From Phycisphaeraceae bacterium (GTDB taxonomy: Bacteria; Planctomycetota; Phycisphaerae; Phycisphaerales; Phycisphaeraceae): a DNA stretch of 64,000 nt. Shown here in pieces: positions 52,901-63,991 of this stretch (the first letter of the stretch is position 1; each line of letters opens with the position of its first letter). Location of the stretch: contig OY771506.1 in the NCBI GenBank assembly GCA_963674705.1, positions 2,432,001 through 2,496,000 on the forward strand, written 5' to 3'. The translations under genes and the position numbers were made by a program. A model generated the notes under the pieces. That model was given only the letters and a program-made list of their open reading frames with translations, searched no databases and had not been told where the DNA came from.

Positions 52901-53295
52901 TGAATCGGCGCGACGATCAGGTCCGGCACATCCTGCTCGACGAGCCTGCCAACGACGCTCAACCGTTCGGCCAGCAGTTCCAGACTGACATTCGACTCGC
53001 CCGGCAACACCTCCAACGCGCCAAACCGAACCGCGTCCAACGGTTGACCCGCTTCGGCGAATAACGCAAGGTCGTCCAGTGCGTCGTCCGCTTCATCCAG
53101 GTGAGCCACCACCATCACGATCGGTCGACCCAGGTTTGTTCCCAATGCTCCGGCGGTCAGTGTAAAGCTCGATCCCCGGCTGCCATGTGCCCGGATCCCG
53201 CCTTTCCCGGGCTTATAGGCGCGCAGCGACTCACTCAGCGCAGCGAACTGCACCGACCCGATGATTTTTCCGAGCCAAGCGTGGGCGTCTGGCAT
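49969..53295 (-). CDS. mfd: Transcription-repair coupling factor
   Basis: RGGILDIYP UvrB-like module, GDYVVHVDHGI RID, DRLVCGDVGFGKTEVA, DEEQRFGV, TATPIPRTL, QLRGRVGR and DLEIRGAGNLLG. Confidence 0.98.
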   Translation of the reverse strand: MPDAHAWLGKIIGSVQFAALSESLRAYKPGKGGIRAHGSRGSSFTLTAGALGTNLGRPIVMVVAHLDEADDALDDLALFAEAGQPLDAVRFGALEVLPGESNVSLELLAERLSVVGRLVEQDVPDLIVAPIQALMQGVPEPESLQSFSKVIRKDEDLPPGELMEWLTAAGYQRLDAIEQPGDFASRGGILDIYPPAGSTTDSESDNQLLGPIRLDYFGDTVESIHRINPDTMGSAGPIDSARIIGASTEQIQKNESTANLIDLLPEDTVFILHEVMELSEQARGYYERLTNAVGVYAPNTIFSKIHARPHIECNQYSSGAGQDGVMSLPVEQLTTFDEDAKGAIKQLGELAQDKDQQVVVLCQKPAERDRLRELIQEHAPQALNEFTLEVGYLHRGFAWNVSDSTLHLVPHHELFHRYHIRRRVRRITGGAQAGDAFLDLDVGDYVVHVDHGIAKFTGIKTMRRGGLSQEYLTLAFAGDALLHVPATQIDLVQKYVGGFEGRPPLSTLGGKKWNKQKQQVADAVKDLAAELLRVQAARQTQPGTRYPGDTAWQREFEAEFPYDETEDQLAAISAIKQDMGKDQPMDRLVCGDVGFGKTEVAIRAAFKAAEFGKQVAVLVPTTVLAEQHGRTFAQRMADYPFRVTSISRFKTGAEQTKMLKDLAEGNIDIIIGTHRLLSKDVHFADLGLVIIDEEQRFGVEHKNQLLRFRLTAEVLTLTATPIPRTLHMSMIGLRDISSLSTPPADRRAIVTEVVPFDRKRVKQAIIRELNRDGQVYFVHNRVHNIQSVADDIQQLVPDAKIIIGHGQMPSRELEKVMLKFMRREADILVSTTIIESGIDNPLANTMFINRADHFGLADLHQLRGRVGRYKHRAYCYLLLPEDRPLTEVAARRLKAIEQYSMLGAGFKIAMRDLEIRGAGNLLGAEQSGHIAAVGYEMYCTLLDHAAKRLRHEPVIEPAKTHLELPIAGALPKRYIPSDKHRMEAYRRISRAATLKELEEVVQSIRDAYGEAPKQAQTLINLTEVRIAASTLGIDTLKLEGPDLIFTTKQPQKLEQVFSAAPGRVSVLDESTVYYRPPSNYLEPADTLLAVLRKLLVRPVLQEAAIVGR

Positions 53296-53346
53296 GTCTG
53301 TGATTAGGGTAACAAGGGGAGCGCGTGGATGCGAGTATTTATGAAT

Positions 53347-53916
53347 TCAGTCATCATCTTCCGGCGGAAACGGATTGCCGTTACGGGCGCCCAGGATCGT
53401 CGGCACGATGTACTGATCTATCGGCGGCGGGGCGGGTTTGGGGACGGCCAGGTCCGGCACATCCTCCAGCACCAGCGTCATCGCGATTTCGTCACACGCC
53501 TGATTCTTCGGGCACCGTACACACTCGCTCCAAACCTTCAGCGGGAGCTTCTGCCGGTCTACGACGGCAAAACCCAGCCGTTCAAAGAACACCCGTTCAT
53601 AGGTCAGTGACATGATCGTCCGGATGCCGAGTTCGCGGGCCTCATCAATGCAGGCTTCGACCAGCTTCCGCCCCAGACCCTTACCCCGCTGATCCGGGGC
53701 CACTGCCAAGGCACAGACTTCCGCCAGGTTTGCCCAGACGACGCTCAGCCCACAGACACCGACGACGCGATCGTCGTCTTCCGCGACGTGGAATTCACGG
53801 ATATTTTCATAGAGTGTCGACATCGAGCGCGGCAACATCAGGCCGAACTCGGCACAGTCATTGATGATCTTGCCCATCGCGGGCACATCGGCAACCTTGG
53901 CACGTCTTATCAGCAT
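53347..53916 (-). CDS. GNAT N-acetyltransferase, short ArgA-like (amino-acid N-acetyltransferase)
   Basis: IRRA...D, G.MLPRS...LYENIREF.VAE, LAEV.ALAV....RGKGLG, FF..LGF and LP.KVW.EC..CPK...CDE.AM. Confidence 0.85.
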   Translation of the reverse strand: MLIRRAKVADVPAMGKIINDCAEFGLMLPRSMSTLYENIREFHVAEDDDRVVGVCGLSVVWANLAEVCALAVAPDQRGKGLGRKLVEACIDEARELGIRTIMSLTYERVFFERLGFAVVDRQKLPLKVWSECVRCPKNQACDEIAMTLVLEDVPDLAVPKPAPPPIDQYIVPTILGARNGNPFPPEDDD

Positions 53917-54029
53917 GGTGCAGATTATAGGGCGGCTGGAGACCGGGGGCTTGTGCGGGGTCACAACCTCGGAAACCTGCTCAATGCAGCCCCAATTACG
54001 GTCATTGAGATGTTTTTTTGATCTACCCG

Positions 54030-54057
54030 GGAACGAAACACCTCATCGCCGCGTCTT
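54030..54057 (+). promoter_or_regulatory. Candidate ECF-sigma promoter for the lipoprotein gene
   Basis: GGAAC-N17-CGTCTT preceded by a T tract. Confidence 0.45.
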
Positions 54058-54111
54058 ACTTAGCATGAACAATGTCCGGGCACGATCTATCAACCATTCT
54101 GGAGCATTCCG

Positions 54112-54672
54112 ATGAAGACACTTCGACTGGCACAACTGGTTCTCATAGCGATCATCTTGCCTTGTATGACCGGCTGTATCATTGTCCATAAGCATACCGA
54201 GCATAAATCATGCCCGCCACAAGTTGTCGAGCCGTGCGGCGATGGGGCTGTTTATATCGATGGGGAAAGCACCTCTGCTGAGATCGAAGCGGTCCGCTCG
54301 CTCGACTTCAGTTCTGAACGTGCCGAACACCTGAACCGTATCGCGCGACGCCCCGGCATTAATCCTGATGCACAAGTTCACCTTGTGAAAACCACTTTTG
54401 AAGTGCTCGACTTCGAAAGCGAAAAAATGCAGGTCCTGCAAACATTGATCAAGAACCCGACACTGACAGTCCAGGGGAAGAACTGCATCCTCCATCACCT
54501 GAAGGAACTGGACTTCAGCAGCAACCGCAAAGCCATCCTCGATGCCCTGGATAAACACGGCCCGGTCGTACAATACGTCGAGGAACCGGTTGTATACCAG
54601 GAAGAGATCATCATCGAAGTGCCGGCTAATCAAGCAGCGCCTGAAAAGCCGGATACGACACTACAAGACTAG
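54112..54672 (+). CDS. Hypothetical lipoprotein with three ~37-aa helical repeats
   Basis: Lipobox MTG-C and repeats LDFSSER / LDFESEK / LDFSSNR. GGAG SD present. Confidence 0.7.
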   Translation: MKTLRLAQLVLIAIILPCMTGCIIVHKHTEHKSCPPQVVEPCGDGAVYIDGESTSAEIEAVRSLDFSSERAEHLNRIARRPGINPDAQVHLVKTTFEVLDFESEKMQVLQTLIKNPTLTVQGKNCILHHLKELDFSSNRKAILDALDKHGPVVQYVEEPVVYQEEIIIEVPANQAAPEKPDTTLQD

Positions 54673-54675
54673 ATG

Positions 54676-56882
<2,207 letters not shown>

Positions 56883-56892
56883 GAAACCCTGC

Positions 56893-57504
56893 TCACTGCC
56901 GGATCGCGCGTTCCAGAGCGGTCTGACCGGCGAGGATCTTGCAGCGGGTGCGGGCCTCGATGAGGACCTGGACCTTACCGTTACGCTTGAGGGTGCGGAC
57001 GAGATCCTTCAGGTGCTGGTCGCGGTTACGGGCGAAACGGGCAAAGGCCTGTTCGAGGTCGTGGCGGGTGTACTTGGTCAGCGGATCGTTCAGGCCGGTC
57101 TGCATGATGGCCCAGTCGATCAGCGGCCGAGGTTCGGTCGTGAATTTATAAGTATCCATGGTTGCCATAAGACGCTGCAGGTCCGACGAGAATACATCGG
57201 TCAGCGCTTCGGGCAGGTCCCACAACTCGTTAGAGTTGTTCCTGGATTGTTCGAGTTGATCGAGCCAGCCTCCGCTGGTTGTCATCGAGGAACTCATGGT
57301 CTGTTTCAGTCCTTTCGGCGCCAACGGCGCTACCGCAGTGTTGATCACAACCCGGCCGCGGTTAACAAATTCAACGTTCAACCGCTGCGCGGAACTACCT
57401 TCGTGGACGATGGCTTGGGCTGCCTTGACCACGCCCTCACCCCATTCGGGGCGGCGGGGATGCGTAACGACATCCCCTTGCTGATAGCGATTGATCGACT
57501 TCAC
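56893..57504 (-). CDS. DUF3553-like (SH3-like) domain protein with a helical C-terminal domain
   Basis: GDVVTHP.RPEWGEG.V...V.F.N.GR..INT..A.L. The start is uncertain (GTG 57504 or 57633). Confidence 0.65.
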   Translation of the reverse strand: MKSINRYQQGDVVTHPRRPEWGEGVVKAAQAIVHEGSSAQRLNVEFVNRGRVVINTAVAPLAPKGLKQTMSSSMTTSGGWLDQLEQSRNNSNELWDLPEALTDVFSSDLQRLMATMDTYKFTTEPRPLIDWAIMQTGLNDPLTKYTRHDLEQAFARFARNRDQHLKDLVRTLKRNGKVQVLIEARTRCKILAGQTALERAIRQ

Positions 57505-57873
57505 GGGAGCTTTCGTAAGAACCTTCACCGGCACTGACTGTAACCGGGGCGGCTCTTTCTCCGAGGCGTTGATTACGAACCCACCGCGGGCCGTGCCCCA
57601 CGCCATACATATCTGTATCGTTCCCGAGCCCACGGTCTCCTGACCGGCTTTCGGGACGGCATTGATGCCCGATCGCTCCTTCGATCTACCGGCATATCAA
57701 ATGATTCTCACCCGGACGCGCCTCACAAGCCCCGACGCGTCTTGACTGGGTCGGCCCAACCGGGCCCACATTCTAAACCATATATCGACCGCCTCTGGCG
57801 TGCAACTTTGGCGAATGCTTTTCGTGGAAAACTGCGCTGGCTATCCCCCCACGCAGACATGCACGACAACCCG

Positions 57874-57901
57874 ATTATAGCCCATCTCGGGTATGGGTCA
57901 A
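57874..57901 (-). promoter_or_regulatory. Strong sigma70-type promoter
   Basis: TTGACC-N16-TATAAT on the minus strand. Confidence 0.6.
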
Positions 57902-57999
57902 GGGTTTTATGGGGTCTGCCTCAATCACTTTATCGCTGTTAAAATCGGGTATTTACGCGATATCCATGCTAAATGACGCATCCGAAGTGGTTAACCACC

Positions 58000-58806
58000 T
58001 CATAACGGCTCATTGCCGCCGATCCCGTGATCCTCTTCGTTCACATCGTCCCGGTTCTGGCTCTGATGTTCCTCGATATCCTCGGTCTGTTCTTCCGCTT
58101 CTGCGATCACATCCGCATCAGCCTGGGTGACCGCGGTCGCTTCAAGCAGCTTGTTGATGCGTCTACGCACAAGGAAAATCAACGGCACATGCGGTATCCG
58201 GCGCAGCTCCGATCGCCCGGTTGCCGAGTACACGATCAGCGTGCCCGAGCCGCAGATCAGCAGTTCCAGCAGGTCCGGATATGTGCTGCGGACCCGCTTT
58301 GCCCCGCGCGCCAGTGAATCGTCAGCCCGGCCAAACGCGTAATGCTCGAACTCATTGTGCGTGATCCGCCAGCGGTGCTGCATCCGCACCCAGACGATCA
58401 TCGTCAGGTAGGGGATCAGCAGCAGGATACTCATCGACAGCCCGAAGCCCCGGTTGTATTGCACTTCCTGGTCTTCGAAAAAGTTGAAGATGTTGCCGAA
58501 CAGCGTGAAGCCCGACCGCTCACTGAGCCAAAGCCCCAGGAAGAAGAACATCGCAAACGCGACCGCCCAGAACACCGCGTAGTTTCGCTCGATATCCACG
58601 CCGATCGTCAGGATCACCACAGCACAGGTCAGCAGATAGACCCAGCCCAGCGATTCCTGGTTGATAAATTCCCAGCTACCCAACGGCCAGAACAAAAAGC
58701 CGGCCACGATGATCGGCCAGATAAACAACAGCTTCGGATAGGTATGAAACACCACCTCATGGACTTGCCCATCGGGCCCGGTACGCTTTTTCCATGGCAG
58801 TCTCAT
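58000..58806 (-). CDS. Hypothetical integral membrane protein
   Basis: Four hydrophobic helices followed by a soluble beta-rich domain and an acidic tail. Start set at the second Met because TGnTACAGT lies 6 nt upstream. Confidence 0.7.
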   Translation of the reverse strand: MRLPWKKRTGPDGQVHEVVFHTYPKLLFIWPIIVAGFLFWPLGSWEFINQESLGWVYLLTCAVVILTIGVDIERNYAVFWAVAFAMFFFLGLWLSERSGFTLFGNIFNFFEDQEVQYNRGFGLSMSILLLIPYLTMIVWVRMQHRWRITHNEFEHYAFGRADDSLARGAKRVRSTYPDLLELLICGSGTLIVYSATGRSELRRIPHVPLIFLVRRRINKLLEATAVTQADADVIAEAEEQTEDIEEHQSQNRDDVNEEDHGIGGNEPL

Positions 58807-58924
58807 ACCCATACTGTAACACGCCGGTGGGGGCTATGTCTCTAACAATAGGCATAGTCGTAGCCAGGCCGCATGTATGGCATTGGAGCCGATACGCGGA
58901 TCTGCATTTGATGTCTGGGCTGAT

Positions 58925-60673
58925 TTAGTGTTTCAAACGTCTAGCCAGGCAGGGTAGTCCAAGCAGGATAACCAATCCCGCACCCGGCTCGGGGATGTTG
59001 GCTCCCGTAAATGCCGGGGGCGTGCCTGCGTTCCAATTGTCCAGTACGGCATCCAGATCACCAAGGCCGACGTAGCCGTCGCCATCAATATCACCCTGCA
59101 GTAATACACCCGCTGTTACATCCTGATTCCAATATTGCAGGACGATATCGAGGTCTGACAATCCGACAAAGCCATCGCCATCCAGGTCGCCTGGCAGGGC
59201 GTCGCCATAGGTCGTGCCGTTGATCGTGAATGAGCCGTTGGAACGTGTGATCGCTACGGTGTCGCCGCCGGGGGAGTAGATGCCGAGGCGCTCGCCGCCT
59301 GAAGCAAGGTTGCCTGCGGTGTAGATATTGCCCGCGAGGTCATGGGTAATCGGTCCACGCGGATAAAAATAATATGTGGGTGGCGCTGTAACCACATTCA
59401 GACCTAAAAAAGGATAATCCGAGGCAACCAGGATCGGTATGCCGTTCTCATCCAGTTGAGCAATGAAAAAGTTGAGCTGCCCCCGATACCGATATACAAG
59501 TTGTTTGCCGTCGGGTGACACACTCACGCTTATTGCGTTTGAAAAAATGTCTGATCCGTCGATATTGTCAAGGTGATACTGTCGGGAATTAAACAGAATG
59601 GTTGTCGCGGTTGGATCAAGGATGATGATGCCTCCACCAACCTCATTGATGATGAAGTTGTTTGTCCTTGGGTCGATCGTAATATCGGCATCAAGAGCGG
59701 TAGTGTAACTGGTTGGATGAATGCTGTTGTTGATGTCGCTCAGGATACTGGTTCCATCAGAATTCGAACCGAGCGTGCTTGCATCAACTATAAGTGTGGG
59801 CGATCCGTCGTACTCCGAGACGCCGCCGATGTCATAGCGCCAGATGTGACTACCGGTATCGGGCACACTGCCCGGCAGGTCCTGGTCGATCGTATAAAGC
59901 GTCAAATCACCACCTGCCAGAGAGCCGGATACAAGCGGTGTGCTGATGATCGATCCATGGTTTTGATCGGTGATCGGCTGCACTCCGCCAAGCCCGGCAA
60001 GCAGGTTGCCGCCTGTGGATACATCCGGGTCGGTGTAGTAGATACCGCCGTGGATGTCGGAGGCGTCGCTGATATAGAGCGTATCATCCTCACCGACGGC
60101 AAGCCGGAATGGCGAATTGTCACTTCCACTGAAGTCTATCCCCGCAGTGCGTGCGGTGGTGGGATCGTTGGGGTCGGTGATACCAAAAGCATCCGTCGCG
60201 TCGGCGTTGAAGACGTAGATGCCATCGCCCATCTGTCGGCCGGCAAAGCTAACAGTGCTGTCACGCTGCGATACATAGAACCGACCAAAATTCGGGCTGC
60301 CAGGATTCTGATTCACCGCAACACCGTTCACCCGCTCAAAACCGAGCATCGGATTGTCAATGCTGGTCGAACTCTCTGTCCATCCCGCCGGTGCGCTGTG
60401 GCTGACGGTGATCGTGTAATCGCTGAAACCGGTCATGTCGAACGTGTGCTGGCCTGATGCCGCATCACTGAGCGTGATCGCATTACCGCCGTCACGCGTG
60501 ATCGTCACCACATCAGCCGGTTCGTTGAGGATAAAGCTGACCGTATCCCCTACACGTTCCACGCCGGAGGCATACGGCACCGCGTTGGCGATATCGATCG
60601 TACCTAATAGCGAGACAGCGCAAACGGCAAGAACCGGCAGGTGTCTTGCTGAAACAAAGGATTGTTGAGGCAT
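58925..60673 (-). CDS. Exported beta-propeller-like protein with dockerin-like repeats and a PEP-CTERM sorting signal
   Basis: Signal peptide (ANA-V), duplicated GDLDGDGFVGL.DL..VL..WN, and IPEP plus TM helix plus RRLKH. Confidence 0.85.
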   Translation of the reverse strand: MPQQSFVSARHLPVLAVCAVSLLGTIDIANAVPYASGVERVGDTVSFILNEPADVVTITRDGGNAITLSDAASGQHTFDMTGFSDYTITVSHSAPAGWTESSTSIDNPMLGFERVNGVAVNQNPGSPNFGRFYVSQRDSTVSFAGRQMGDGIYVFNADATDAFGITDPNDPTTARTAGIDFSGSDNSPFRLAVGEDDTLYISDASDIHGGIYYTDPDVSTGGNLLAGLGGVQPITDQNHGSIISTPLVSGSLAGGDLTLYTIDQDLPGSVPDTGSHIWRYDIGGVSEYDGSPTLIVDASTLGSNSDGTSILSDINNSIHPTSYTTALDADITIDPRTNNFIINEVGGGIIILDPTATTILFNSRQYHLDNIDGSDIFSNAISVSVSPDGKQLVYRYRGQLNFFIAQLDENGIPILVASDYPFLGLNVVTAPPTYYFYPRGPITHDLAGNIYTAGNLASGGERLGIYSPGGDTVAITRSNGSFTINGTTYGDALPGDLDGDGFVGLSDLDIVLQYWNQDVTAGVLLQGDIDGDGYVGLGDLDAVLDNWNAGTPPAFTGANIPEPGAGLVILLGLPCLARRLKH

Positions 60674-60712
60674 CAGGATTCCCCGAACTATTACAGTTGT
60701 ACTACAGCCCTA

Positions 60713-60732
60713 TAACAGGGGTATCCCTGTTA
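60713..60732. promoter_or_regulatory. Palindrome upstream of the PEP-CTERM gene
   Basis: TAACAGGG-GTAT-CCCTGTTA. Confidence 0.35.
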
Positions 60733-60787
60733 AACGTCGACTAACATCCAGTATACATGATCAAAGACGTTTGCAGCCTGAGATATT

Positions 60788-62536
60788 TCAATTACATCGC
60801 AGGTTTCCTCGGCCAAAAACTGCCAGGATTGCCCAAACCCCCAATATGAGCAGGCTGTTCGGTTCGGGTATGTTCTGCGTCTGGGTCGGCGGCGTCCCCG
60901 CGTTCCAGTTGTTCAACACCATATCCAGATCGTCCAGCCCGACATAGCCATCACCCGATGGGTCGCCCTTTAAAGGATCACGCGCCGCAACAGTCTGATT
61001 CCAATGATCAAGGATCAGGTTCAGGTCATCCAGCCCGACAAATCCATCGCCATCCAGATCGCCCTCGATACTTGTCTGCGGGATTAACCTGAAGATCTCA
61101 CCCGTGCGCTTTGTGATGATGTAGATCTCCCCATCATTATCAACGCCGAAGCGCAGGTCGGCCCGTGGCGGGTCTCCGATGATTTGCAGCAGTGTCTGTT
61201 CACCGCCTTCATGAAAGATCGTCAGTTCATGCACCACGGCCTGGTTGCCCAGCACCATCTCATCGACATCCGTATAGAAAAGTCGGCCGTTAACCAGGTC
61301 GCCGAAGATGTATTTGCCCTGAAGTGTTGAGATCGCCTGTCCACGATACACAAAGCCGCCGACGATCGCGTTGCCTTCGTCGTGATCGTATTGCGCGACG
61401 GGGTAGGTGTAGCCAAACAACGCATCATTCGCGGGCAAGAAGTTGAGCGTGCTTTCGTTATATGGATCGGTTGCATAGATTCCTTCGCGGTCGCGCCAGC
61501 CATAGTTTGCGCCGGACACACCAAGGTTGATCTCTTCGATACTTGCCTGCCCGATATCTGAGATAAACATGTTGCCGGTGCCGTTCAGGCCGGTGTCCCA
61601 ACTCCAGCGATGTGGGTTGCGCAAACCGAATGCGAACAACTCGTCAATCGTTTCATCTGCAGGTGTGGTGCTTTCATCGATACCGAGTGTGAACTGCAGA
61701 TCAGGATCGCCTACAAAAGGATTGTCTGCGGGAATACCGTACTGCCCATTGGCACTGTTGGTGCCGAGCGGATTGATACGAAGTATGGAACCAAGTGGAT
61801 TGCTTGTGTTCTGCCCGTTTTCATAGGGATCGGTCGGATTCGCTGGGAAGTTGTTGCCGCCATCACCCATCGATACATACAGCATGCCGTAGTCCGCGTC
61901 GCCCGCCTGAGCCAGCGGATTAAAACCTATCTGCTGCATGTTGTGATCCGCAAACGGCTGGCCGATGCGCAACAACTCACGCCGACTCGATGTATCGATT
62001 GCGTTGGGGTTCAGCGGATCAACCTGCCACTCGATGATTACGCTGTGATGCACGGTTGAACCCGGGCTCGGATAATCAGGCGCGGGTTTGCCTGAAGGAT
62101 TATCGCTATGCGCGGTATAGACCTTGCCATAACCATCTGCACCGGGTGTGGCGTAATCCGGATGGAACGCAAAACCGCCCAGTCCACGCTGGCCATAGTT
62201 ACCAATCATGATGTCAATATCGTTCTGCCCTGCGACACTCGGCGCAGTGTTCAGGTTCAGGAAGATGTCCGAAGAGGCAACACCATTATCGATAATCCGG
62301 ACGCCTCCACGTGAGTCCATCACGAACAAACGCCCCGAATCGTCAGGCGATTCAAGCAGATAGTTGATCCCATCACGCATCTGCGGCTGCGAGGCTGCGG
62401 GGAACTGTACGAAGTCTACAAGTTCAACAGCCAGCCCCGGCTTATCAATCGGCGGTAGCGGATTTGCCGCAGGACATGTACTCCCCAAACTGACCATCCC
62501 GGCGATGAACGCCAGTTGAAATCGCACACTTCGCAT
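60788..62536 (-). CDS. PQQ-dependent (glucose/sorbosone) sugar dehydrogenase family protein with dockerin-like repeats and PEP-CTERM
   Basis: GL.G.AFHPDY, HN, LYVSMGDGG, G.ILRINP, Y.IPADNPF, FGLRNPHR.SWD, DIGQ..IEEIN, GANYGW and GGFVYRG, then GDLDGDG twice and an IPEP tail. Confidence 0.9.
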   Translation of the reverse strand: MRSVRFQLAFIAGMVSLGSTCPAANPLPPIDKPGLAVELVDFVQFPAASQPQMRDGINYLLESPDDSGRLFVMDSRGGVRIIDNGVASSDIFLNLNTAPSVAGQNDIDIMIGNYGQRGLGGFAFHPDYATPGADGYGKVYTAHSDNPSGKPAPDYPSPGSTVHHSVIIEWQVDPLNPNAIDTSSRRELLRIGQPFADHNMQQIGFNPLAQAGDADYGMLYVSMGDGGNNFPANPTDPYENGQNTSNPLGSILRINPLGTNSANGQYGIPADNPFVGDPDLQFTLGIDESTTPADETIDELFAFGLRNPHRWSWDTGLNGTGNMFISDIGQASIEEINLGVSGANYGWRDREGIYATDPYNESTLNFLPANDALFGYTYPVAQYDHDEGNAIVGGFVYRGQAISTLQGKYIFGDLVNGRLFYTDVDEMVLGNQAVVHELTIFHEGGEQTLLQIIGDPPRADLRFGVDNDGEIYIITKRTGEIFRLIPQTSIEGDLDGDGFVGLDDLNLILDHWNQTVAARDPLKGDPSGDGYVGLDDLDMVLNNWNAGTPPTQTQNIPEPNSLLILGVWAILAVFGRGNLRCN

Positions 62537-62757
62537 ATTGTTCTGCCCTAACAAGAAACGAAAGTAACACAGATACGTCACGAAAAGTCGGATAACATGT
62601 TCACCCGAATACAGCCAAAGGTAACACGGCAATTATAGCACGCGTGTTTGTGTGTTAAAGAAGTTAGATATTTATGGGTGGTAACGCTTTATTTAAAGAG
62701 CGTATTGAGTGAATATCGATTTATGCTTTAGGTGAATGAAAATCTAATGAAGTGCGG

Positions 62758-62791
62758 CCCTCACCCCGGCCCTCACCCTGGGGAGAGGGAG
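62758..62791. repeat. CCCTCACCCC..CCCTC..GAGAGGG REP-like element
   Basis: CCCTCACCCCGGCCCTCACCCTGGGGAGAGGGAG: a direct repeat plus hairpin in an AT-rich intergenic region. Confidence 0.5.
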
Positions 62792-62824
62792 TTAATGCAA
62801 GTTTTAAACGTGTGTGTGCAGGGG

Positions 62825-63991
62825 TTAATCGGCGCAATCGCAATCAATCGCTCTGAAAAGCGCTTCGCCTAAGTGCCGGCCGATGCGATGAAGGTTCGCC
62901 AGCGTTTCACCGGGTAGATACATCAATTCAAATGTCATGCAGAATCCGGGGTTCAATTCCTTAAACGCGAACGTTTCCGTCGATGGGTGCTCCCAACCCG
63001 AATCCCAACTCGCCAGGCCCGGTTCGAGTGCGAGCATCGCTTTCCAGAATGGATGATCCCAGTAGCCTTCCTCTTTGCAGAGGATGCCGACGTGGTGCGC
63101 GGTATCTGTCCAGCAGTGCACATCGATAAAGATGTCGACCTTGGCGTTTGTGTCTTTGAGCAACGCTTTGCCGAGGGTTGCGATATCCGGCATGTCCTGC
63201 CATAGATCGTTCCGCCAGAAGCGGTTTGCATCGCGATCGACATGCTGGACCGTGCTGCGGTTGTACCCCGCCACCCGGCCGTCCGGATTCGCCATCGGAT
63301 ACACAAATATGTTGGCTTTACGACGCAAAAGCGTAGCATTCACCGAATCGCCGACTAACCAGTCAAGCAGCGTTTCGAGCACGTGGTTCGCAAGCGTCTC
63401 ATTGGGATGCACACCACTCATCAGGACAATAGTTTTCTTGGTTCCCGTGATTTGTGGATCGGTTACCAGGTAGCCAAACAGCGGATTCGGTTCGATCGTT
63501 CTGCCAAGATCGTCTACGCCCCCGGGCGACATGCCGAGTATCAGCTTGTCATCCGAACTTGGCGTCGGCGATACGTACGGGCTCAATGCCATCTTCTTCG
63601 TATGCGAGACGATCTGAGAAAACGGATACGGGAATCCATACGCCACCGTCACCTTGTCGGCCTTGAACGGCTTATCATTACCAAAACGGAACAAACTCTG
63701 TTCGGTGTCGTGTACATTGTTATCGAAGTAGCGCCAGCCGCTTCCATCCTCGCAATACACCATCTGCAAGTGGTCCAGACGTGCAGGCTCGGTGTCGAAG
63801 TTGTCATCGATCTGGAAGGTCAGCTTGCGCCCGGCCACGCCCGTGGCGGTGAAGTGGATCCACTTCCAACTGCCTGTGTTAAAGTTGTCGCGCCCGGCAA
63901 GCAGGACGGTGTCCCCCTCTATCGAGCATTTGGAAACAACCAGCGAACCGCTGTCAAAGTCCGCATCCAATGTAATAGTTGAAACTGACAT
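62825..63991 (-). CDS. M14 zinc carboxypeptidase, cytosolic carboxypeptidase (CCP/Nna1-like) type
   Basis: N-terminal DADFDSGSL...WIHF and VAYGFPY.F segments, HPNE, P.ANPDG...G.NR, DANR, IDVH and TFE. No signal peptide. Confidence 0.85.
   Translation of the reverse strand: MSVSTITLDADFDSGSLVVSKCSIEGDTVLLAGRDNFNTGSWKWIHFTATGVAGRKLTFQIDDNFDTEPARLDHLQMVYCEDGSGWRYFDNNVHDTEQSLFRFGNDKPFKADKVTVAYGFPYPFSQIVSHTKKMALSPYVSPTPSSDDKLILGMSPGGVDDLGRTIEPNPLFGYLVTDPQITGTKKTIVLMSGVHPNETLANHVLETLLDWLVGDSVNATLLRRKANIFVYPMANPDGRVAGYNRSTVQHVDRDANRFWRNDLWQDMPDIATLGKALLKDTNAKVDIFIDVHCWTDTAHHVGILCKEEGYWDHPFWKAMLALEPGLASWDSGWEHPSTETFAFKELNPGFCMTFELMYLPGETLANLHRIGRHLGEALFRAIDCDCAD

Noticed and set aside
57723..57860. 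45-codon ORF (MSAWGDSQ...) just after the strong minus-strand promoter
   Set aside because: It has no SD, is too far from the -10 for a leaderless start, and shows no protein-like features I can support.
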